From Geosiphon pyriformis uo1 (taxonomy: Eukaryota > Fungi > Glomeromycota), in NCBI GenBank assembly GCA_016748015.1, contig JAAOMT010000429.1, positions 344,615 through 408,614 of the forward strand: a stretch of DNA of 64,000 nt. Direction: 5' to 3'. Positions 28,161-41,400 of the stretch are shown here, piece after piece; the first letter of the stretch is position 1, and each line of letters starts with the position of its first letter. The position numbers were made by a program, and so were the translations under genes. The notes under the pieces are model-generated. The model was not told where the DNA came from and searched no databases. It saw only the letters and a program-made list of their open reading frames with translations.

Positions 28161-28374
28161 ATTTATAGATATGGGTATTGTTATCAAAATAATTTATCTC
28201 GTCAGCTGATTCTCTTGCTGCTATTTTATATTTCGAGTTCTATTAACAACTAGCATCTTGTTTTTACTTACACTATATGTGTTTTTTTAGCTTTTCAAAA
28301 TTTCTAGTCGTCGGATCTGATACAAGAGATTTATGATCTCAGATTTACAATTAAAACCGACAAAATATTCTTCA

Positions 28375-28690
28375 CTACCATAACTACTATCATACTCTTC
28401 TCGGGGAAAATCCTCATAATAAGACTTTTAAAGTCGAAATTGAGGAAGTTGATTATATTATCAATTTAAAAGAGATAAAAAAGCGTCATATTAAAAACTT
28501 ATTGCCACAGACAAACCTTTGCTCTGGAAGCTTAACATCTTTGTTAGCGAAGAAAATGATGAACTGAAAATTCTTAAAAAAAAGTCTTTCATACTTAAAA
28601 AGAGTTGGAGTTCAAGATCATTAAAAATTATTCTGACAATTTCACCGACGAATGTATTCATATTATCACTCATCACCTCTTCCATTGATA
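28375..28690 (+). pseudogene. Crinkler N-terminal header relic (left arm, inner)
   Basis: NPHNKTFKVEIEEVDYIINLKEI...IATDKPLLWKLNI...ECIHIIT: the LWKV-like and HVLV-like CRN motifs across frameshifts. Confidence 0.7.
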
Positions 28691-30119
28691 AAGAATCAAA
28701 TGACATGTGTTTTACTCGCTATTCTTACCAAGATTCCTTCACACCCCATTAGAGGTATGGAAAACTTTTCATCAACAAACGCATGGTTTTTCTTTAATTA
28801 ACTTGACTAACTTTGGCAGTGAGTGAGTATATTATTAAAGTTTAAAAACTTTTATTTTTGTGAACGATGTCTGCCTTCGATAATAAAAGATTATGCGGCC
28901 TGCTAATTCCAGAACGCTGGGATTTGCCCGGTTTAATTGAAGATATTAAAGGCTATACTCACACCATACGATGTAATAACCTCTCGTATACTTGCACATA
29001 TTTTCATTTTAAGTTCCAAATCAAGATTAATTATAATAAAATTGCTCAAAATTTTCGGTATTATACTTTTTAACGGAGTAAGCCAGTTATATGAAATAAT
29101 TCATTTAAATATCACTCAAAGCCTTTAATTTAAAATGCTGTTTATGAACTTTTAGAAGGTTTTCACAATGAGTTAGAGATATTATTATCCAATTTTATGC
29201 AAAAAATTGGATAAAGGGCTAGAATAAAAAAATATAATAAATGAATAAATTTGAACGTGTTTTTTATAAAAATATTTTAGTATATAACATCAGTCTAGAG
29301 TAATTTTAATTATTAAAGGAATAAATATATTTTTCTATTGAATTTTTTGATAAAAATAAACTCTTTTCTTATATAAATATAAATCAGATTATTTAGTTTT
29401 CTCAATTGTTTTTGGTGGTTCATTAAAATTTTACAAAGAAACTCTAATTTTAGCTGAAACCAATTATTTACTGTATTAATATGTGCATGATTAAATTAAT
29501 ACATTATTTTTAAAAATATAATAATAATAATAATAATAATATGATAACAAAAGAATTTAAAATTTCAAATATTAAGAAAAAATTATCAAATTTGTTAATG
29601 GTGTACAAGACCCTAAAAAAAATTGAATTAAATGTTATAGGCGTGATAAAAACTATGCAATAGTTGGTTTAGATACTGTAGTTACATATATTAAACAGAA
29701 AGATTGTATTGAGAAAGTAAAAAATTCTTCAATATCAAATATAGTTAAATTCATTGTTTTTTGAATTTATATTTGTTGACAATATTTGACCGACAATGAT
29801 TCTATGAATCCAAACTTTGTCAACTAAAGTAGAGTTAATCCAAAAGCACCATCAACTTCGGATTGACGAGAGTGACCATGTACTATTTATGAAAGAATTT
29901 CTTGAAGTATCTCTCGTATAATCTAGTCTTGTTGCTGTGTTGTAACTTTGTCCTAAATTAAATCCGTGGAATTGGCAGGCTGGATAATCTTTAATTATTG
30001 AAGACAGACATTAATCATAATATATTAGAGAGAAGTCAGTGAGAGAAAATATACGCGGTTAAGTAGTAAAAACAAAGTAACTACATTCCTTACAAATGGA
30101 AGCGGGCGGTAATATGATG

Positions 30120-30360
30120 AGCTCCAACTTTTTTTTTCCATTATAAAATCAAGCATAAAGTTTTTCTTTAAAGAATTTCAGCTTCTAACTTTCCCTCACT
30201 AATAAAGATATTAAGCTCTTAGAACAAAAGTTTTTCTGTGGCATTAAGATCTAAAAGTGACGCTTTTTGATCTCTTTTAAATTATTAATTTACTTTATTT
30301 TTTAAAATCGACTTTAAAAGTCTTATAATGAGGATAGAGTGATTGAGTGTGATAGTAGTG
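30120..30360 (-). pseudogene. Crinkler N-terminal header relic (right arm, inner)
   Basis: Reverse complement aligns with ~28410-28612 (gactttaaaagtc; gccacagaaaaacttttgttct; gagcttaatatcttt; aagttggagctc). Confidence 0.65.
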
Positions 30361-30527
30361 ATAGTAGTGATTGTAGTGAAGAATATTTTTTCAGTTTCAA
30401 TTCTAAATGGAAGATTATAATTAATACTATATCATATACTAAATTACAGATATGTGCAAATAAAAATAAATGCTAAACCTGGAAATATAAAATGGCAGCA
30501 AAAGGATAATCAGCTAACTTGATTATA

Positions 30528-30720
30528 ATGTCATTCTTCATCATTACTACTCCTACATGTATAACCGCTTTTCTTCCTAGGTCCTTGGTGATGACCTTTC
30601 TGAGAACACTTTCGAAGTCGAAATCAAAAAGAAAAATTCAGTCAGCAAGTTGAAGAAGATTATCAAGAAGAAGGTGCCATTTTTAGATCATATTGTCGTT
30701 AACGAACTCGTACTCTAAAA
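30528..30720 (+). pseudogene. Crinkler N-terminal ubiquitin-like header relic (right arm, facing lipase B)
   Basis: VLGDDLSENTFEVEIKKKNSVSKLKKIIKKKVPFLDHIVVNELVL*K, a typical CRN header with the LWK Trp mutated to TAA. Confidence 0.8.
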
Positions 30721-31033
30721 GTTTTCAAGCTAAATAAAAATTTTAATATATAACAAAGAATAAAATATACATGTAATAGGTTTGTTTATAAATAAGTTTT
30801 AATTAAAATTTGAAACTTCTTTAGGATACAAGATATAGTGTGATAGGTGATCGGGAAAAATATTTTCAAAAAGAGGATAAAAATCATATTATCTATTCCT
30901 TTATTTTGTTTAAAAAAGATGGTTTTAAAAATTAATTGAGCTCGATCTATAGGATTTTTATTTAGTGCATCTTAAAAAAAAACTAAAAAATATTTCATGA
31001 AACTCTGTTATATCCTTCTTGAAAATTAATAAA

Positions 31034-32560
31034 ATGGGTTCTTTTAATAATCAGATACCATTCAAGATCATTACTGCAATTTTTATGGCATCAGTTTTTT
31101 ATTTTTTGATGCATGAAAGCTACAGCAGCTGGATAACCTCTAAAGTAATTCAGAAGGATAAAAAATTAGATATAAACTACAACTCTCCTACTATGATTAA
31201 TTGGATAGATCAAATCCATATCCCACTAAACATCAATCAAACCAAAAAACGTTCACAATCACAATCAGAATCACAAATGAAGAGACGAATTTTACCTGAT
31301 GATGGAGAGCTAAAGTTTTCTTCGGATTTTGCATTCATAGTAAATGCATTTGACTGTCTCGGTCTAAATAATGTTGGCTCAAGAGTGCCTGGTTTAAAAA
31401 TCAAAGGTTTTTAAATTCTGAAAAAAATTGTCTTTTATAAAAGTTTTCTTAAAGAAATTAATATCTTTCAAATACTGTTCATTAGTGGAGGTTAGATTTT
31501 ACTTCAAATCATCAACTCATGGCTTTTTAATCATCGTGTTTACAGGACCAGTAATTATCTCAACCGATTTATATTTTAAATCAAGTAAAATCTTGAGATA
31601 ATAATGCTTCTTTATTTATATTAGAAATTAACAAAAAAACAATGGGCTTCTAGAAACCCAAAACAAGTGCCACTTACTTTTAAAGATGATCTAAAGTTTC
31701 CGAAAGAAACTCGTGTAGACTCACAACTATTGAAAGAGGTGGATTTATTATTTCCTATTTTATTAGAAGGTATTAAATCATCTTTAAGTAAATTCAGCAA
31801 ACTAAGTCAAAAGTTTGATATTGTATTTACAGGACATGGTCTGGGTGGAGGTCAGTTTTCTGAATATTTTTATATTTTAAAGTTTGATAGTAAGAATCAT
31901 TTATTTTTTTAACATTAAAATTTTTTTGACTATATATTTAAAAGCTTATGCCTGCCTTGCTGCAGTTAGGTGGGCAATTGAAAGATATAAAATTATTAAT
32001 AATAATACTTGGCGGGATATTAATTTAAGCAGAATAGGACAGGTTATCTATACTTATGGAGCGCCGAGAGTTGGAAATGTGCAACTCAGTGAAACTTTCA
32101 ACTTAGCAATTGCTTATCGCCGCTTTACCCATGGAAATGATCATGTGCCGCACTATCCTTCGACTTTAAAGGGGTGGAAACATTTTGGCAATGAAATTTG
32201 GATTGAGCCATTGAGTAATTGTGATTGTGCTGCTGAAGACGACCCAAATACGTATTGGGACTGTAATTTTTCTTATTTGGCTTTAAAGGAAAGAGAATTA
32301 TGGACCGCTTCGGAATATACTGAAGAGAATTTGGTAGGTATTAATCTATGTTGAATTAAGAATTTATCAGTAAAAAGCGTTAAAAAATTAGCTTTTTATT
32401 TTAGGGGTGTAATGCTGGTCAATCAATAAATAAAGTTCCGGGAAATTTATTTCATAATGGGCCTTATTTTGGGATTGAAATGGGCAATTGCGAATCAATT
32501 AGTAAGGTAGGGAGTTTTGAAGAAGCTATGAAAAATTTTCAAAATAGAAATAATGATTAG
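31034..32560 (+). CDS. class-3 (fungal) lipase-like protein with catalytic Ser replaced by Gly, copy B (~402 aa, 5 exons)
   Basis: Exons 31034-31406, 31486-31550, 31625-31850, 31945-32333, 32405-32560, all GT-AG, total 1209 nt, open. Motifs IVFTGHGLGGAYA, TYGAPRVGN, RFTHGNDHVPHYP, WKHFGNEIWI, FHNGPYFG. Same intron positions as copy A. Confidence 0.85.
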
Positions 32561-33593
32561 CAGCCAATATTTTTAGCTAAAAAAAAAAGAACTTTCGGTA
32601 AATTTATTATTGGATTAATTAATATATAAAGGCAATTAGTTTAAATAAATATTTTTCGAAATGGGACTCCATATATTGATTTAAATTATATTTAGAATTC
32701 CTTTATTAATAGCCACATCGCAAATATAAAGTTAGAGAATGGGTTCAAGGTTTAGTAAGGAAACTAATTTTATAAAAATCCTTTGAGGAAACTGTTATTT
32801 CAAAGCGATATTTTCCAAATGATCAAATTAAAATTTCTTCAACTCTTAATTCTTATATTACTATTAAAAGGCATCATCAAAGTTCTCAACGTTTTATTAT
32901 TTAAATCATTAATAATTAATTAATTGATAAGATAAATTTATAATTAGATATATAAATCATTTTTGTATAAAATTGTAAAAGATCACTTAGAGAGATATTT
33001 TTATTTATAAAATAATTCTAAAAACCTATTAATATAAAATATAACTCAAATTTCATTTAAAAATTTTTAAGATACTAAGAGTATTACAAATTTAAAGTTT
33101 TATTAGTTGTTGCCTAAAATCAGCTTTATAATTTTTTATTTTTAATTATCATTTTATAACTATAAATAAATAAATAAATAATTTAATTTGTATAATATGA
33201 AAATTGAAAAAAAAGTTACCAACATTTCAGTGTTTAAATTAATAAAAAAAATATATATATGTCATTTTGTAAAAATTCAAAATAATTGGCTTTAGCTAAT
33301 TGAAAAAATTTTAAATGAATTCATTTATTAATAATAAAAATAATTAATAATTTCTATCTTGAATTTATTTTATTTTATTTTTATTTGATATTTGACTATG
33401 TATTAAAATTTTGGAAACATTTTATATATGTATTAAAAGAATTAAAATTTCAGGTTAATACATAATAAATATATTATTTTACAAGATAAAAATAGTATGT
33501 AAAAATTATTACTTATAATATTTAGGAAAATAATTTTGATCCAATATATCTTTACAATAATAATAATGATAAAGTACTGTCGATTTGAATTAA

Positions 33594-34220
33594 TCAACTG
33601 CGCACATACCATCCAGTTTTCGAGATTATTTGACTTTTATATCTTGTCCTATCATGGATAGCACCTTGTATCTCTTTGGAATTAAGTTTATTTTCACCAA
33701 CAGTTACAGTTATCGCAAGCAGCAGTAACTCATTGTTGTGAAGTTCTTCTGCACTCTCACGGCAATATAAATTTTGATCCAATTTTTTTCAATCATTTCT
33801 TCAATACATTGAGGTGTATGCTTTTCGGTTTTTCTGAATTATATTTATTTGAATGTACATACGATTTTCAATATCATTCCCCCAGGAAATGATAGCACAA
33901 CTGTAAATATTGCGGTATTGGGTATTAGACGAAAAGTTACAAACTTCGGGCGCTGAATATTCCACAACACCAAACATGTCGTCAGACTGTGGAGTAATCG
34001 ACAGGATGACAGAATCCAAGATCAGACATAACAACGGTTTAAGAGGTTTGTTTTCACAACAAAACAATTTTCAGGATCTAAGTCCCCATGCACCAATTTT
34101 GAGTCATGTATAAATCTTATGCCACCAGCGATTTGAAAAAGAATATCAAGAAACATGCCCCAATTAGAGCAGTTTCGTTCACCTTTAGAAAAGGTAATAT
34201 GATACTATTTCTTGTGAGGC
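33594..34220 (-). pseudogene. TKL-like protein kinase pseudogene
   Basis: LDILFQIAGGIRFIHDSKLVHGDLDPEN, VMSDLGFC and FGVVEYSAPEV...NIYSCAIISW, separated by frameshifts and stops. Boundaries approximate. Confidence 0.75.
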
Positions 34221-37179
34221 TTAAGAAGAAAAGATGAAGCGATGTTTAGTAAAAATGAGAAGAATTATGAAAAATAATGAAATCAAAAATTTTACTTAAT
34301 TAATCTTTCATGTTATAACCACTAAGTTATTAAAAATTCTTTTGAGTCAATTGAGGTAAAAAAAAAGTAAAACCTAAGTCGATTATGCAGAATAGAACTT
34401 TCTTTAAATACCTTTTTTAAAATTTGAAGAAAAGTTTTTTGAAGAATTAATAGCGGCCCAATTCAAATAGAATCTTTTTAAGTTTTCTGTCAGTTAATTT
34501 TCAAAATTATTTTTTGTTGTATTATAAATGTAAAAAACCTTTGGGCTTTATTAAATAAATTATAATTTTTGATAAATTTAGAAAATTGCCAAGATCGAAG
34601 AGATCAATTGTTTCTATTTGATCTGTATAATTGTTTTGATGAAAAACTTTTCATTTTCACATTTAAAATTTCCTTTATCAATTTCAAATTCTTTTCCTAA
34701 ATAGAATTGGTGTCTGATAAAAGTTTTATATATTTAGTTCTTTAATAAAAACTACTTTTTCTTGTATTTTAGGCTGCTAAATATATTACTTTACCAATTA
34801 AATCAAGTATTATGAAAATTTACGGCTTGAAATTATTGAAAAATCTAATGCTTTATAATGAAATTTTTAATTTTTTACAATTTAAATTTGTGTTTAAACA
34901 CATGTCGATATGAAACAATTGTATTATGTATTATGATACATTATTATTAGTTATTGTAAATTGTAATTATTTGTTGTAGATCTTTTTTAATTAAGTTATT
35001 TACTGTGCTAATTTATATAATTGGCTATTTAAATATTAATAATTAATAATTTGTTTTTTGTTTTTGTTGATTTTATTTAGACAACAACTGAATATTTTTA
35101 ATGTTATTAAAAGTTTTAGTATATGTATTTAATATTGCTAGAAAGTATTAAAACCTTCAATAATATTTACATAGTTACAATTATAAAAATAACCAATTTT
35201 ATTTTGTAAATAATTGTAGTTATAGTTTAAGAAACTAACTCTTTTACAAAAAAAAATTACTGTAAACTATCTAAAATTATATTTGTATATATAAATTATT
35301 AGTAGTATATTTTTTATGTTCTAAAAACAAATTTTGTTGTGTGTTCTATTACAGCTATTTTTCGAAATAATGCAACCAGTTTAGATTATTTATCATAATA
35401 ATAACATGAAATAAAAAAATAAAAAAATAAGATAATTTCTAAAGTGGTTTCAGAAAATTTTCAGAATAGCTCAGGTCTAAAATAAAAATAAACTAATTAA
35501 TTTACTGAAATTGATAACTAATCAATTTTAGAATTCTTAAAAATAATTTTTAAAAAACAATAAAACATATTTTTGGAAATAAAAACTATTTTATTGATTT
35601 GTAAATAAATAGTTTACTTGTAAGATATTTCAGCCAAAATATTGTAAAATAATTTTTTTTTGAAAAAGCTTTTCTTTTTTATATTTTTGAGTAGTATTAT
35701 TTCAAGTTTTAATATTATTTTCTTTGCTAAAATTTTTACAGACTTTTAAAAATCAAATGTATATTTGAGCAAATTACAAAATAATTTGGCAAACTTTTCA
35801 ATATTACATAGTTTAAAATATTATGTAATCTAATTATAGTATTTAGTTATTAAGAAATTATTAATAAGTAAAAGTAAAATTAAAAAATAAGTTTATATTA
35901 ATTTTAACTCAAATTTCAATGATTAATAAGATGTATTTAAATAATTTTATATTAAATTAAATTAATATTTATTAAAGTCTATTATTTATTATGTATTCAA
36001 ATTATATAATAAACTTATTACTATGGATTTTTAAATAATAATTTGTATTTTGATTTAAAAGAATCTGTTTTTAATTTTTTTGCATATTAAAACTTTTGTG
36101 TTAAACATTAAAAATAATTGGTTTTTTTAAATGAAATATTTTTTATTGCTTTTTGTTAATTATAAAAACATATATATTACAGAAAACTACTGTATTACTA
36201 CAAATCAACATACAAAATATCTATATAAAATGTTTTTATAGTATTAATAAGAAACAATTAAAACTAAAACGTAAAAAGAATAATTATTAAATTAACATAT
36301 TTTATACGATGAAAATACAATTAAATATATAGATTTTTATTTTTATTTTTATTATTTTTATATAGATATTATTAAAAACTAATTGTCTACTTTTAAAGCA
36401 ATAGCTTTCATTAATTTTTAAGCCTAATTAATTTATTTCTTTATAAAACTAAATTCAAATTTATGACTAATTATTATCTTAATTGCAAAAGCATTTTTTG
36501 TTAGATATTACTAAATTATTTTATATAAAATTTAAACTTTTTTATTAAATGATTTAATCTTATTTTTGCAATTTATTAGTATTGTATTAAGAATATTTAC
36601 ATTATAAAATTGAAAATTGAAATTAAAAAATTTATTTAGAAAATATATAATTTAAAATCACTTAAAAGGTTATTTAAAAATATTGAAGTAAAATAATTAC
36701 AACCAGTAAAAAGACAATAACTTAAAAATTATTATTCAAAATTTATTTATTCACACTATTATTTTAAGAACACTAATTCAAATACTTTGAAAATATTTAT
36801 TGATTTTTCTAATATAATTAATTATAAATAAGCATCTAAAATTCGAGAAGTTTATACTGCGAGTTAAATACTAGAAATGATACTCAATTTTTTTTAAACC
36901 CATTTATATATATATAATGATACTTTTATTTGAATTTCTTCCAAAAATTATTTTTTTAAAAAGCTTGAAATTTAATTATTAGAATTTAAGATGAGTAAAT
37001 TGAATTCTCAAGAAAAATTTAAGATTCAATTTGTTTTCAATAAGTATTTATGAACAAGATTAATTTATGTAAATTTTTAATTGGAAATATTGATTATTTT
37101 AGAATAACAAAAGACAACAAGTTTTATATTTTTGAAGAATAAGTTTTTTATTGTATTAGTTTTCTTTTAATAAATATTG

Positions 37180-38447
37180 AAAAAATCAATGTTCACTCTA
37201 TTGATGGATTGATAACAATAAATTTTAATTTAATTAAATTATTTATAAAGAAAACCATTTTCTATTTTATGTAAATTTGACTTTGAAAAGATAAATTATA
37301 TCTTTTAATAAATGGTTTAAATTATTGATGTTTCATTGTCTATATAAAAAAGTCAAGATATTGAATTTTTCCAAATTCTTTTAAATTTGAAATATATTTA
37401 AAACTAAATGAATATGAATAAATTGGATAGAGTATTTAGATAGCTGAATATACTGAATTTTTTGTTTATTCTTCTTCAAGAAAGTTTTTACAACAGGCCA
37501 ATAAGATCTAATCTATTTTTATGACTAGGTTTTTATTTGTATTCTTCTCAATACAGACAGAATGATTGATAACTAATTATTAATAGGGTTTGATTTACGT
37601 TGAGATTTTTATAAATTTTCAAGGGCATTTGAATTTAGAAAAGTATTTTCCTATAATAACTTCCTATTAAATCGGGGGAAAATTATATGGCCAATTTGAA
37701 AATATTTTGATTTATTTCAATTTTTACCATTAGGCAGTAGGAACTAAGCCTTTTTTTTGAATAAAATGGTTATAATAATTATATCCTTAAAAAATTAATA
37801 ACTATAATAATTCAGTTTAAAAAAATTAATTCACTTTTAATATGTTTACTAGTTGATAAAAAGGTCTTAATGTAGTTTTTGACCAGTTTCAAAAAAATGC
37901 TATATTTCATGAAGACTATTTAATTGCAGTTCGCGATTAAAAACTCAAATTTTGGATAAAACAACATTAATGAAATATATACACATCTACCTTTGATATA
38001 AATTTGCTATAACTTTAAATAGCAAATTCCTTATAACTTGGTATATGAAGTTGATTCAAAAACAATTCAGAATTTATGCAAAAATAAATATAAGAAATAA
38101 GTTCTACTTTGACCCTGTAATTAACTTGAGAGTATTAATTCGGACATATTTTAACTAAAGATCTTTTCGGAAACATTTAGGAAAAATTAGTGAGGAAGTT
38201 TAAATTATTATAAATAAAATTGCTTTTTATTTAAAAACATATGTATTATTTACTTAAATTAAGAGCATCAAACTCGTTTTTTGTGCTTTTGCGGAGATTT
38301 CTAAAATATATAATTTTCCTTTGTCTAACTGGTTGCGTGTCATTCATTTTTTGGGTGTACTTTCATCTGAACTTTCGTCGTCACTAAAGTCATAAACTGT
38401 TTCAAAAAGCAGTAATTCAGCTCTTAATCGACAATCTTGACAAAATC
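37180..38447. repeat. left arm of inverted duplication (partner 48611-49985)
   Basis: e.g. 38261-38345 mirrors 48701-48785; 37690-37900 mirrors 48990-49205; 37250-37310 mirrors 49865-49920. Confidence 0.85.
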
Positions 38448-41400
38448 GAAGGTCTGTGTTAGGTAAAGAACAGATGTAACAAGTTCCGAAAAATAGCCGG
38501 CGTCGTGCTAGGAGAACTATGATTTCAAAAATAAAATTATTAGAGATAAATAAGGTGAGCGACGAAAGAGTATTATTACCATCATCCTCTTCATGGTCTT
38601 CCGCCAAATTTGAGATGAAAGGACCAATTTCCATTTCTCGCCTTCGCATATTGTCTAAAATGATCGACCGATAGAATATAAAGGCAATTTGAAAAATTTC
38701 ATGAAATTAGATTTTTTGTCGAGTCAACAATATTCGGTGAAATTGAAATTAGAAAATTAAATCATGTAAGCATAACCAAAAATGTACCTAGTTCTTCACT
38801 TGATAATGTGTCCGAAGATGAGCAATGATGAAATTTAGGTCTCTTTTTGAAATCTATCAAATCCGGAAAAATAAAAATTTGTTTATTTTAGTGATCGGAA
38901 TCATTTTAAATATAATCAGACAAGCATTATCCTCATACCAGACTCTTGAATATCATCTTGTGTGCTTCCCACTTCGCTTGGCGGCTGAATTCGTGCTGTA
39001 TTTGCAAAGAATGCGCGGATTTCATCACGAGAAACAGGGCCTAAAAATTAGGCACCGTTGATTTTAAGTTATAAATTTAAATTAAATTTTGTAGGGAAAT
39101 CACAACAACCTTACCAATTATTATTTCACTAGGGGCTGAAGACTCGGGGATGAAGAATGACCCTGATTTTCTTCTAGAAAAACACTCTAGGGCTGAAGAG
39201 GAAACAGAATAATATCATTAGTAACTTCAATTGAATTAGTATTAACTTTAATGAAAAAACTGACCACTATCGCTATTTCTTCGATTTCTTGTAGTTTTCC
39301 AAAAAGCATCTGCAGTCACGTTATGCTCATCTGGTTCTAGCTTTGTTTCATTCATCTTCGGGGATAAAAGTGATTTCGGTATTTCAACAATCCGACTAAT
39401 TTCTGTATTTTCTTCAAAAGGGTTTTTTTGTTCATCGCCTTCAAGTCCAAAGATGGACTTGATCACCGGGGAACATGAAGTTACTTCAAACTCTGGCATA
39501 GGTGAATTTGACATTCGTCGTATATTATGATTTTTTGTCAAAAATGATAGTGGTTCAATTCTTGTGACACCTTGCTCCAGATCCTGAGAATATGATTTGA
39601 AAATATCTGGACTTTCCATATTTCTGGAGTACTTTGTATTTGCGCTTGACCATGTAGAAAATGTTTCCGTCTCAGTCGTGCTTGGACTAGAAAATGTGGT
39701 GAATTCATGTTGCTTGTTAGCAATTTTTTGTTGTTGTGCAATCTCTTGCTGGGCAGAGTACGGATTTATTTCAACCTGTCGTGCTGCGAAATCTGACTTT
39801 GAAGGTGATGATGCCGCCGATAACGGAACAGATTGAAGATCAAATTGGCGAGAAGCTGGTCTCGGTTTTAAAGCATTCAACGTGAAGCTCTTTATTCCGA
39901 ATTGCGGATTTGAGTAGTCTTTTATATTTTCTAAAAGGATTTTTGTTGTTAGTAAATAGGATATTGAGCAAATGACTCCTAAATTAAAAACTAAGTATTC
40001 TTTAGCATATGATCAAAATTTTCATTCACCAAATTTATTCTCTTCTTTTTTCGTTTTTTCGATCAAATCTGGAAAATGTAATTTTCGACTTTTAAATACT
40101 GCGGAAGGATGTTTGTATCGTGCATACGGTCGAAGCCTTTTGTTAGCTGATGGCAAAGAAAAGCTTAAATTCGCAGAATGATTAAGCAAAAAAAACCCAT
40201 TTTCTGTAGGGGTCATTAACCCTGAAGAACTCAAACGGCCAGGCAAAGAAACAACTGAGGCATTTCTGGATGTTTTCCATTGCGCGTCGGCCAAATCTTT
40301 CAACGAGTCATAGCATTCAACAGCCGATGGCCTTTGCGATGGATCAATATTCCAACATCGTTTGATTAGGGCAGCAAACTTTTCCGGAATATCTTCTGAT
40401 ACATCAGGTCTAAGGCCGCGATATATTTGCAGTGCTAAATTCCCGTCATGGGCTTTATCGCCAAAAGGGATTTCCCCTGAAGCGATTTCCCACATAATCA
40501 TGGAAAGGCTGTATATGTCGCTAGATGGCGAATAGGGTTTTCCAACCAGTAATTCAGGGGCAACATATGGCAGTATACCGATCACATTCCATTCAGTCGA
40601 CGGATGAAGCCCGAGATCAGCAATAAAGGTATTGGAACCAGATCGAAGAATGTTTCCAGGGTGAAGATCTCGATGTACTAACCCATTATTATGAATTCGA
40701 GCCAATCCATTAGCAATTCTTTGCAATGTCTCAAATTTTTCTTCCCATGTCATTTCGTCAAAATGCTTTCGCAAATATTGATGTAAATTTCCATTTTTTG
40801 CAAATTTCATTATTATTAGGAGATCGTGGGTATCAGGATTTAACGAAAGTCCGTAGTAGTTAATTGTTTCAGGAGTGATACAAGTAATACCGTTTGTAAT
40901 CTGGTGATAGATAAATTATCAATCACATAAAACTTGTTCCAGCAAGCAAAATATATTATTACCTCTTTTAACAATTCTTCGGTAATCTGTTTCGAATTCG
41001 GTATCGATTTCAAGACAAACTTGCCATCTGGCTCATAAAACTTGTCCCAGATACATGAACTAGCATTCCAGCCTACTTTGAAACCTTCAAAATATTTGCC
41101 AGAAAACACAGGACCAGCATTGCCGTTGCCAATTATCACAATATCAGTAAACTTTTCGAAAGGTACCCATTCAATGAGCTGATTTGCACTTGTGGCGGAT
41201 TTTTGAATGTTTTGAATGAATTGGTCAAGCATTTTGTTTCCACTAGTCCATTTATCAAATTCATCTTGCAAAAATGTGCGCGTGCAGTATTGACACCATC
41301 GTTCTTCTTTAAATTTCCCACCACATTTTTGACATTGACCAAAATCCCACGCTAGATATTTTGATTCTTTCGCAGCAGATTTTGGATTAAATATCAACCC

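Larger units (their letters stand above)
25870..32580. repeat. large diverged inverted duplication (arms ~25870-28910 and ~29967-32580, spacer ~1 kb)
   Basis: Lipase genes, their promoters (gatatagtgtgataggtg, gagctcgatcta), CRN relics and an MSxFxN-start ORF relic all occur in mirror order. Confidence 0.85.

Noticed and set aside
29790-29930. Possible F-box fragment in the palindrome spacer (EILQEILS...TLVDKVW, minus strand)
   Set aside because: Two short motifs in different frames; insufficient support
34400-36400. Extremely AT-rich stretches (also 24450-25850, 46400-48500, 52400-54800) as identifiable TEs
   Set aside because: Probably decayed repeats, but no domain or terminus could be recognised
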